This document shows positions 37,367 to 48,457 of a DNA stretch of 64,000 nt, piece by piece. Source of the DNA: Azolla caroliniana (Eukaryota; Plantae; Polypodiophyta); NCBI GenBank assembly GCA_043228905.1, contig JBHGNT010000017.1, positions 4,836,001-4,900,000 of the forward strand, in the 5' to 3' direction. The notes under the pieces were generated by a model. The model saw only the letters and a program-made list of their open reading frames with translations. It was not told the DNA's origin and ran no database searches. Within the stretch, counting starts at the first letter, position 1, and every line of letters begins with the position of its first letter. Made by a program: the position numbers and the translations under genes.

Positions 37367-40300
37367 ATGCTGATCAGTTCTAGTTCCTTTGGACCAAAAT
37401 CATGGCATTGGAAACACCTGTGTACCACCCCAAAAGTAATATTTGAACCTCCTACACCAATGTGAGTAATCTCTTATTTAGGCCAGTAAAAATAAAATTA
37501 ATTGTTTGGAATAAGCTTCTCTGTTCATCTAGTTCCAAATTAATAGTGCTTTTCCATGGAAATTTGACTCTAAAGATTTTCACTTATGTCATTATTTGAG
37601 TTATGAGCTCATGGTTACTATATAGATATTCTTAACCAAAATAGGTTTAAAGTGCAAAATTGAGCCCTAAACCCTAAACCCATGGGTAGAAACTGTAGTT
37701 CATGTATTTGAACTGTAAAACATCTTACGTTGATCAGTGTGTTCATTTTAAGTAGTGTGTTCATTTTACGTTGATCAGTGTGTTCTCGTATGCAATTTCT
37801 ATCTTGTTCATACTTGATATCTTTGAAGTACAGGGAAGTACATATATGGTGCCTTTTCCCTAATGAAATACGAGAATCAAATTTATCCCTGTATAAAGGC
37901 ATTATATCTCATGAAGAAAGAACCCATCTTATGGATACAATGAAGCATAAAGCTAAGGAGTATCTTCTGACACGTGTTCTGGCACGTACGCTGCTTGCTA
38001 AATGTATGGAACTGAAAATGAGAAAATTACTTATATCTATTGAATTTGATTGCACATTTAGTCAAACTCTTTTACATGCTGCAAGGCTATTGTTTGTCAT
38101 GCAGATGCAGGTGAACTTATTGATCCTAGTGCTTTAATATTTGAGAAAAACAGTTTTGGGAAACCAGAGGTAAACATGTCTCATTGCTTGTTTATCTCGT
38201 CTATAAGTTTTACTTTTTGAATTGATGAAAGAAGTGAGTGTGTGCATATATATACATAGATGGATAGAACGTAATATTCGTGTTCGTGTAAGCATTCTAA
38301 CATTTGGAAACGAACACGTTTGAAATGGGAAAAATACGTGCTCCTTTTTTTATTTCTTTTTTTTCATTTATTATCATTACAATTTAGCTCACCCTAGTGG
38401 TAAGGAGTCATGCTATTGCTGTCTATGTCTTTGGTTTGATTCCCAAATTTCTCATCTCTTTCTCTCTCTCTCTCTCTCATTAGTACCATGTCATAGCAAA
38501 ATTTTATGTTAGTGTTATAATAATTTTTTTCTTTTATTTTTTTATTATTACAACTAAGCACAACCTAGTGGTAAGTTGTTGTGTTACTATTACTTGTGTC
38601 TTGGGTTCAATTCCCAACTTTCGCATATCCTCTTGTTAGTGTCATGAGCAAATTTTTATGTTAGTGTCATGTTCCTTTTTCTTCTTTTTCTTTCTTTCTT
38701 TGTTATTAGAAATTAGCTCACCCGAGTGGTAAGTTGTTATGCTACTACTGCCTACGTCATGACAAAATTTTATGTTAGTGTCATGTTCCTTTTCCTTCCT
38801 TCCTTTCTTTCTTTGTTATTAGAAATTAGGTCACCCTAGAGGTAAGTTGTTATGTTAATTCTGCCTATGTCATGTTTTCTTCATATTCTCGAATATACGT
38901 TTTATGAGTTTTTGATCGTTTGATTATGATTTATAATGACATATTTTGATTCAATCTCTATAGTTCATACTCATATTTTTGTAAAGTTCTAAAGTGACAA
39001 TGATAGAGATGTCTTGATTTGCATCCCAAAAGTATGCATTGTGATACAATGCAAATATTACAACCATACTTATGTTGGTGGTTCACAATGGATTAGAGTC
39101 CACTTATTAGGATTGAGAGTGAATCAATATATAATATAGACCCTAGTCAATCCAATCCAACTTTGAGATGATTTACCATACACGTTTGATTGAATCATTC
39201 TCGAATGCAAATGTGCGTATGATACGTATGGTTCATTCTATGCATAGATGTATACATCCATCTATTTCTCTGTACATCATATTTCACGTTGTTTATGCAT
39301 GTGTATATACATGTGCTCAACTAATAATCTATGTATATGTCATCATTCTTCATATGTACACCCATACACAAGTCAAGGTGTTTGTATGCATACATTCATT
39401 AGTCAGTGTATGTAAAATTCTCAATATTGTACATGTTTTTTGATGATAACAAATCAGATTATATGGCCATCCTGTTTTGTAACTGGGCATTCATGGAATC
39501 CACCAAACATAAGTTTCAATCTCTCACATACAGATTCTTTGATTGCGTGTGCTGTAACTGGTGCATTTCAGGTAAGCTGTGAAAACTTTGTTTATTATTG
39601 CTTTGATCTTTGTGATCATCACTCTTCAAAATGCTGCTTGTTATATTCTATATCCCTGGTTAGCTTCGTTAACCTGAGGAATCTTTGCGTTTTGTGTCCT
39701 TCACTTTGGTTCTTTATCTAGTTATACAAGTAAATGGTTTTTTATTTTTCTTGTCAGGTAGGTCTTGATGTAGAGAATCGGCGTCGAGAAACACACACAG
39801 ACTTGGTCAGATTTGCTAGACGAAGATTTTCACAAATGGAAGCTGTAAGATTAGAGCAAATGGATGACTTCGAAGCACAAAAGAATCATTTCCTGGAGCT
39901 CTGGACACTCAAAGTAGATATCATGTTTTGACCAATTTACTTTCAGTTAAGAGTATTGAGATGATTATTTATTCTTAGTTGCCATATATTTTTCTTCCCC
40001 GCTGCTTGTATTACCGTAAACCATAACTTAAACCTATTACAATGTATTATTGCTGCATGTATTGTGGTTATAGGAGTCATATGGAAAAGCTTTGGGCAAG
40101 GGAATTGCTGGAACAATGCTGAGGGATATTGCCTTCGATTTTGAGGAGGGACTCCAAATGTCTCAAATTGTCCGACATGTGGCTGGAGTAAACCATTTTG
40201 GACAGGTGTGAAGAAAGTTGTCTTTTGTTAACAACATTCTTTGTCAAGTATGGCAATATATGTATGTGTGTACGCGTGGAAGATAGTTAATGTTCTTTGT

Positions 40301-40649
40301 TGCTCAACTGAACAGGTGTCTCTTATTAAGCCAAAAATCGTAAGGTCTGCATCACCTTTAGCCTCCAATTTATATCAGTTTTTGCTCCTCCAATTTACTG
40401 ACGCCCATTTTGGTGCTGTATGTGTGCCAACTATCCAGGGTAACAATCAAAATTTAAATTTGACAATAGACTTGAAAACATTTTCATGTAATATTCTTCT
40501 TAAGATTTTCACTGATGTATCTGGACTTGAATATGTATTCAGGCTCTGAAGATATCAAGCAACCTTTACACGTAAAGGTTATGAAAACCATTCCATTTGT
40601 TACAGATGAAGATCTTCTTGATGCATCTTTACTTGGCTTCAGTATCTGA
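37367..40649 (+). CDS. Sfp-type 4'-phosphopantetheinyl transferase (similar to Arabidopsis mitochondrial PPTase family)
   Basis: Exons 37367-37461, 37834-38003, 38105-38169, 39458-39571, 39758-39913, 40074-40205, 40316-40439, 40543-40649, all phase-consistent. Motifs FGKPE, FNLSHT, VGLDVE, LWTLKESYGKALGKG. Possible extra upstream in-frame exon 36886-37059. Confidence 0.9.
38255..39242. mobile_element. Putative non-autonomous DNA-transposon-like insertion in PPTase intron 3, carrying tRNA-like tandem units
   Basis: Ends CATAGATGG... and ...TTCATTCTATG form a weak inverted repeat. The right-end ~60 bp recurs at 9617-9672. Four internal units at 38376-38875. Confidence 0.4.
38376..38875 (+). 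repeat. Four tandem tRNA-like units (TAGCTCACCCTAGTGGTAAG...GGGTTCAATTCCC)
   Basis: Units begin at about 38376, 38547, 38705 and 38818; the B-box is retained in the first two. The sequence matches the reverse complement of the right half of the 22234-22662 repeat. Confidence 0.65.
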
Positions 40650-40784
40650 AATATTGGAAAAATTAAGTCATTGATATAGATGAATGGGCCTCTTCTTGAT
40701 TTTTTATTATTTTGTTTCTGTATCTGGAAGCTAACATTCTTGAATTGGGAGTGCAATGGTATGTGTAGAGTGGGATAAAGATAT

Positions 40785-40815
<31 letters not shown>

Positions 40816-41110
40816 AATATTAATTTCTTCTAAGAGAATAATTGTTCAACCAAGGATGGTATATAGATGGATGAGCCTATTCTTGATCTTTTATTACTTT
40901 GATTCAGTATCTGGAAGCCAATATTCTTGGATTGGGGGTGCAATGTTATGTGTAGAGTGGGATAAAGATATAGAAAGAAAGAAAAATATATATATTAACT
41001 TCTTCTAAGAGAATAATTGTTTAACCAAGGATAGTATAGATGAACGAGCCAATTCTTGATTTTTTATTACTTTGATTCAGTATTTTGGAAGCTAACATTC
41101 TTGAATCAGA
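40600..41110. repeat. ~180-bp tandem duplication beginning in the last PPTase codons and extending through the 3'UTR
   Basis: AGATGAA...TTCTTGAT...TTCAGTATCTG recurs at about 40605, 40678, 40866 and 41038; includes (GAAA)n. Confidence 0.75.
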
Positions 41111-41258
41111 GGTACTTTTGTTTAGAGAAAAGTATTCAGAAAACAACAGTTAAACCAAAATCAAGAATTCTTACCTAGTGTCCTTTCATTGCCTTCTAAC
41201 AAAGAGGTTTTATGTCATTCTTCTGCTCATTGGTCTCCAGAAAGTTTAATAAAATTAA

Positions 41259-41447
41259 GGGAAAAGTACCATGATACCCTTGGAAGTTCGTCTATTTACT
41301 AGAATGCCCTTGGAAGTTCCAAATTTACCAAACTACCCCTATGTCCAAAAATTACACTTTATAAAGTAATTTATACACTCAAATCTTTGGTGCATAGGGC
41401 ATTTTGGTAAATAGATCAACTTCCAGGGGTATCCTGGTACTTTTCCC
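41259..41447. mobile_element. Mutator-type MITE (189 bp)
   Basis: TIRs GGGAAAAGTACCATGATACCCTTGGAAGTT / AACTTCCAGGGGTATCCTGGTACTTTTCCC, with a perfect 9-bp TSD TAAAATTAA at 41250-41258 and 41448-41456. Confidence 0.92.
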
Positions 41448-42784
41448 TAAAATTAATGATGGTTCAAATGTACCGTGTCCCTTATTTGCCTTATAAAATT
41501 AGGTTTTGTGTCATTCTTCTGTTTGTTGGTCTTCAGGAAATTGAATAAAATAATTATGATGAACTGCAAAACCCTCTTCTTCATTCACCCCTTGTACGAG
41601 CTTGCCCCTCTTCTATGAGGTTCTGATATGCAAAAATGGTATGTGATGGACTATGTGCATAGTTAAGCAAGGTTGTGTGATTCTTCTATTGAGAGTTTCA
41701 AGATGGTTACATGCTATTATCCGCAAACTTCTATGTGATCTTAGCTTAAGCATTCTCAAGATGCCAAGATAGTGTGTTGAAGATTATATTTTATATTTAT
41801 TTTTATTAATAAAGCCTTGGAAATAAGCCACTGGCTTTTGCACTACACTTCAGGATTTGAATTCCGAGGAAATAAACCTCAGTTTTTTGACAGTGAAATC
41901 CATGATATATTCTCACTAGTTTGTCAAGTATACGTTCAAATACTACAAAAAAAACACAAAAACGAAGTAGAACAAATAGATCTGCATTTCTTTTTGCCTA
42001 CAGCCTAGCGTGACACCTATGTTAAACACATACAAAAAGGAAAATAAATAAATGGATCTTTTATATCCACATGTGGGCATCATGCCTATGTTAAAACAAA
42101 CACCCCCATTTGTCAAGTCATGGATAACCAGTCATAACAAGGCTCAGTGACTGCATGAAGCCAACTACAGTGCACACTATCTACTTAAAAAGGCAGGTTT
42201 AATCATGTGGTCTACAGGCTACCAAACCCCAGAGTTATAAGGTTGATCAGGTGTTATGTTTTATCTAATCATTCAATCATATACTAAAATTTATCAGCAT
42301 AGATATAATTTGGGCCACAAAATGAACCATTCTCAACTCTTTGTTCTTCTTTGATTCAATTAAAAGATGATCTCAGCTTTTACTCATAAGATCTGCAAAT
42401 CCTTTCAAAAAAGAAGCCACACAGATTGCTGATTTGTTCTAGTGTCATAGAAAAAGAGATTATCATTGAGCATGTACAACAATGTATACACAACTGAATA
42501 ATTTTTACTGGTTCTACGGGAAACTGAAGATACCACCTGCTTTGCAAACATCATAAAACTAGAAGTGAATCATCAATGCAATGCTTCTTAAATCATTTGA
42601 GGAAATGATTTTAGTGAATAACAAATGAGCAAGAATCGAAAGAAATGTGATACATTTGAATTACAGCTTCTCTGTTGGCTGAATGTCTGATATATATTTA
42701 TCTCATCTTGTTCAACCTTTTTTATAAGAAACCATTGCATCAATTGAATAAAGCAAAATACCATTTGTCTATACATTTTTCGTT

Positions 42785-44249
42785 TTAGACTTTCTCCAAC
42801 TCATTAACAATCGATGCCTTTTGTGCATTCAGCAGATCCTGCCATCCCTTCAGTAGCTTTCCTTGTCTTTCTAAAAGCTCATTTTTTTCCTTTAGTTCTT
42901 CCTCAAGAGCTTCTATCTCCTTTGCAATGGCCAAAACATATCAAATTAATGCAATGTTTTTGAAGACAGTTTTTTGCAGATACATTGCATCAACGATGAA
43001 ACCAAATGATGTTAAAACATGCATTACTTTTCAAATTGTAAGTACTTAACCATCCTTTTTGAGGGCTACATGAACTTGAATGGAATTGTGGATCATTTAA
43101 TTGTGAAGGTTAGTTTGTAGCATTTGTAACGTGGTCATGACATGACTTTTATGTTAATTTGCTAATTAAAACACTACTAGAGTTAAAATCTCTATTCTAT
43201 CACAGGCCAGACTTAAAGTATAATCTTTGACATGATTGATCTTAAAGTATAATGTTTACTATCTCTTTTCGTTTGCATCTATGTGCATAGTTCAGAAGAT
43301 CTGGCAATTCTTTCAGGAACCCACCATGAGTCCATTCTCTGACTCATGTCATGCTGTCGAATCAAACAATAAACCAATTTTATTTCTTATTTCATGAGAA
43401 TTTATACACCATTGTAATTATTACAGAATCTTGCTGCAGCCTCCCAACTCTCGAAAAAGAACACAATTACAGAGGACATGATCAAATTTCACAAAATGCA
43501 AACAATTACTACGCATACCCTCTTCAAAGCCTCCTGCTTTCCAGGTTGATGATTGTGATGGAGAGAAATGAAAAACAATTGAAGCTTCCTAGCTGCTTCC
43601 ATGAAGTCTTTCACGTGACGCTCAACATCAGCTTCATCAATAAAGAAAAATTCAGAACAATAAATCCTATCAGCAAGTGTGAACATTTCTTTCTTCTGAT
43701 TCCCCAAATATTGGAGAATTTGATGGACGAAATGTATGTGTGCATTATTTTCAGATAAAGTTTTTACTACAGAATAGTAATCCCCCTTATTAGGAAGGAG
43801 TCACACAAGATGATATGTTTACTTGATCCCATAGGTCGAAATTGGCCTCCTTGTGGATGATACAAATTCTATACTATTCTATTCTAATAAAGTACAGTGC
43901 CCTTGGACTAATTCATCCTCTTTGTTTCTCTTTACAAGGTTTGACCAGTGGGATTTGAGGAAATAATAAAATAAAGGAAAAATCAGGGAACTGTATTATA
44001 CTACTGGTGGTAAACAAAGTGAAGCGAATGACAAGAAACATTCAATGAAGACACTGTGTGTGTGTGTGTGTGTGTGCATGATGCTCTGTGTTTTCATGGC
44101 ATAGCCTCTACATATAAAAAACTTGTTGGCATACCTTGGTGAGAGGGATGAGCTGATCGATCCATTGCTTGAAGTTCACGTGCCGGTAGGCAAGGAAGTA
44201 AGCTCATTTCAATTGCGGACACCAAGTTAAGCACCTCAGCTTGGTTCAT
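42785..44249 (-). CDS. MED28: Mediator of RNA polymerase II transcription subunit 28
   Basis: Exons 44249-44135, 43631-43519, 42919-42785. LLPCLPARELQAMDRSAHPSHQADVERHVKDFMEAARKLQLFF...EIEALEEELKEKNELL...ELEKV*. 5'UTR intron about 44260-45231. Confidence 0.92.
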
Positions 44250-45314
44250 CCTCTCGCATCTAATAGAAAAAACATATAGGAATAGTTAATGAAAAATTTT
44301 CTACTCGAAAAAAGCATTAATTGAAGTGTTTAAAACCATAGCCCATACTACAAAATGCATGAGCAACTCATTCCATAGAGAGGTGCACACGTAACTAATT
44401 TAAAAAACCTAGCTTGATTTTGTTTGTTAATGAAATTTCTTAACTTGATAAATGGATCAAATTAGAATCGTAATGCATCATATAAGTTGCAACAGAAATC
44501 CATCCATAGAAAGCTGCCACAGGAAGTAATTTACAGAAACTCTAAATTTTATTCATTAATGAAAACTTTTAGCTTGAAAATTATACAAATGAGAACTATA
44601 ATCCATCATAAAATTGGCATGGACAACCCAATCCATAGAAAGAAAAATCTAGATTTTAATTCATTAATAGAAAAATTCTTAACCTGATAAATAAATTAGA
44701 ATTATAATGATTAATCTCATATGAATTCCATGAAAAAACCATCACATAGAAAAGAGCAGATGGGAAAAAAATTTGTGTCCTACATAAAATGTTTCAGCAT
44801 GCACATTGAACCCTCATACATACTAGCTCTTACACTATAGACTTTTATCGTTACCAACACATTCTATTCCTTGTGGAATCATTCTTTCTCTTATCTATGG
44901 TTCTACTGGAACCACAAACTAGATTACACTTTACTTTCTCTTGGTCACTTCTTTCTTCTCTTAGAAACAGAGAGGTGATACAAGAAAAACTTCCTTAAAC
45001 TCCCGATTCATCTATCCTGACAGGATCATCAATTTAGCCATGACTAACCACGTACATTAAAGAAAAAAACAACGTATTTGTATCATTACATGCATATAAA
45101 AACACATTGTCAGCTGTTCTGTTCCCAGACGAAGAACATCATCACTCCGACGCTCTTCTAGAAGGCTTCTCAGAGATGATGACTCAGGATCTAAACTGAG
45201 AGTAAACGGAGGAGAAGGTGAGGAAATTTACCAGAATGAACTGATTCCTGATCGGGAACCCTAAACCTCGTCTGCGTCAGTATATGTCTTGATCTTTGGA
45301 AGGAGAAGTAAAAC

Positions 45315-45345
<31 letters not shown>

Positions 45346-45374
45346 GAAGGTTTAGGCCTTGTATTGTTACTTTA

Positions 45375-45742
45375 ATTCTACATAACTATAAAAGTAGCCC
45401 ACAAATCCTTCAGTTTCTTTTTCCCTTTTATGTAGTTTTCTATAACTATAAAAATAGCCCACAAATCCTTCTCTTCCATTTTTTTATGTAGTTTTCTATA
45501 ACTATAAAAATAGCCCACAAATCCTTCTCTTCCATTTTTTTTATGTAGTTTTCTATAACTATAAAAATAGCCCACAAATCCTTCTCTTCCATTTTTTTTA
45601 TGTAGTTTTCTATAACTATAAAAATAGCCCACAAATCCTTCTCTTCCTTCTTTTTTTTATGTAGTTTTCTATAGTTACTATAGAAGTAGCTCACAAATCC
45701 TTCTCTTCTTTTTTGTGTGTAGTTTTCTATAACTATAACAGT
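45375..45742. repeat. ~60-bp minisatellite, about six copies, directly upstream of MED28
   Basis: Unit TATGTAGTTTTCTATAACTATAAAAATAGCCCACAAATCCTTCTCTTCCATTTTTTT. Confidence 0.93.
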
Positions 45743-48457
45743 GGGCCCCAACCCCCCTTACAAAGAAAACCTTTCTGCCCCAATGCCCACCATCGGAGAC
45801 TTCCTTTGCAAGTTATATAAAGTCAATACCACATTCTCGTTCCGGTATTGTCGCAAGTTATATCGTGAATTGTGCCATCATAACGGGGCCTCGCTTAAAT
45901 GTAGCAGACAAACTTATGTTTGCAATCTTGTGTGTTCCAAACTGGAATTCTAAGAGCGAAATGTAGAGTCGGTGCTGCAATTTGCAACTAACAAACTTTA
46001 CCCCAACACAAATCATGTTTCTAGATATGTGATGTTTTGCTAAGATAACATTGTGGATTTAGTTTATAGCTTTGTAACATTAACTAGAACCATGCATGAT
46101 CATCAAAATAGTTCATGGGAAAACTTATGCATACTTTAGGGCCCTTTGATCCCCTTATGGTTGGACATGTTCAAGGCATCCCTTCAATCTTCCTTCATAT
46201 CCTCCTTTCAAGTCATGATACATACAATTGCTTGTTCTCAAGAAGCTCATGAATGAAAGATCCTTGATTGTCGTTTGAGATACAACAATGTTTGTGAACT
46301 TATTGAAATGAAGTGCTGCTATAACTCATAGAGTAATGAGCAGTTTAAGATTTGGAATATCCTCGAGATTAGAGAGCTATTTAATCTCAATAATTTTTAT
46401 GTTATAATTCTTATATGAAGTCTAACTTTCGTAGAGCACTAGATGGGGTTTTTATAATAGAGAATCCATCTTGAATTTTTTTGCAACCAAAAGTTGAAGC
46501 TTACAAGTGACATTACACTTTTTCAACTAATGATTAAATTTGAAATTGGTTAGATGACTAATCTTCTCCTTTGAAGTGCACTTACTTCCCACCATAACGT
46601 CTAAACATAGTGACTTCACTTTCGTTGAGAGTATTTACTCATTATAAGACAACTTTGCATCATAAGATGCCTTATACTGGTTTTAGATTTGAATTGTGCA
46701 CTATTCATGTTAGTAATCAATTTTTAAACTTCAAAATTTGCTATATCAAGCTATTTATCATGTGCGAGGTGATGAACCAAATGTTGCTAGAACTTTCTCG
46801 GAAATGGGATTCCTGAATTGGGCGTAGTGGCACGGTTATTCTTCCAAGGAGCATTTGGCAAGGTTTCAAGTTATATCAATCTATATATTTTCACACGGTT
46901 GCACTTATGATGTGTTCTATGTGCTTTTTCAGTGCACCGGATGAAGAGCTCAACATTGATGTTATGAAAAAGCATTACTAAAGTTTTTGTTCCATATTAT
47001 GATATACCAAATTCTATACACATTTTTTTAGGCATCGTGTACTTGTGACAATATTTTATTAGGTGTAAAGGGAAAGCATATTATGCATTCTTCATTTGTA
47101 TTTATTTTTCCCGAACTATGAAGCCATATCTTAAGGTTTCTTGTAAGGCCACTTTTTGTGATGCCTAGGCATATGTTCTCTACATCCATTGCATATTCCC
47201 TTGAATTATTATCTAAACAAGGGAAAGTGAGAGATATGTGGCTCATTTGAAATGTTCATTCTTTCATTATAATAAATGGTTATCCATGTTCAATCGGTCA
47301 TGTGTTTTATGGATGGGACACATTTACAATACTTTTTGGGTGTATTATCAAAGTAATGTATGTATGGTTCTTAAAAGTTTTTAAGTTGATGTTCTTTGTT
47401 CTACATAATCTTAACAATAAATTATAATGTATCCAATCCACAAAGTTACAGATATACGGCTTGTTGAGCTATTCGCTGTTTTAAGCATGTTATGTGTCTT
47501 TTTCCTTTTGCCAAAACTGATATTGTAGTACATGTGTCAATTTATGCAGATCAGGATTTCATATTGTAAACTAAGTTGGAACTAAAGCTGTTTGCGTGTA
47601 CATTTGTTGGTTCTCACTTGAGTGAAAAAGATAGAAAACTACATTGCATTCCTTACTTTTAACAAATGTGGGAAACATTGAAGAATGATGTATCAAAGGC
47701 TAGAGGAGAGTACCTACAAACCAACACTTCCAAAGATGTTCCTCCACCCTAAGGTTTTAGGCTAGTGCCAATCTACATAGGTCATGATTAGTATGTAATG
47801 GATATTGTTAATTAGCTAAAAATAGGTTATGATTAGTTGATTAGAACATAATGGACATCAAAAAGTATAACTGTGTAAAAAACCTCTAACCATTAATTTC
47901 AGTATTCTCTAAGAGTATGATTTGAAGTTTCGAAACAAAGAAAGTAGTTCATTTAGGAAGAATAAAAAGTATTCATAACACATCTTGAGAACTATGAGAT
48001 TGTTAATCTCACATGAGAAATGTCAATGGTGTTGGAATGGACCAGTTTAATCATGTAGCATAAAAAAAAACACTTTAAAAGAGCCACAATAGAACACTAT
48101 TTCCAAAATAGCTTTCGTTACTTCAATGAATTTGAAACACTTTCCATGGAGGTTATGTGCATCACTTCTTCATAGTAACAACAATTATAGTGAAACCTTT
48201 CAAAATCATTATTGATCTATGATCTTGAGGGCAAAATTCGGCTCCATTCTTCTATTGGTCTGACTTCATTGCTGTCAAACTCTTACCATATACATAAGAT
48301 GAATAATGGAATGAAACTTCGAAACCAAACTGATCGATGAGCAACAACTTGTTGTTCCATCATCCAACTCAATCCAATAAAATGCAAAACAAGTCTCTTT
48401 AAAAAAGTCCGGAACCAGGGCACTAAACAAATCACGATTCCATGCACAAGAGCCGTC

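Noticed and set aside
45375-45742. Possible CRISPR-like array
   Set aside because: Head-to-tail units with no unique spacers, in a eukaryotic context with no cas genes.
45378-45751. Repetitive ORFs (EEKDLWAIFIVIENYIKK)n
   Set aside because: Translation of the 60-bp minisatellite.
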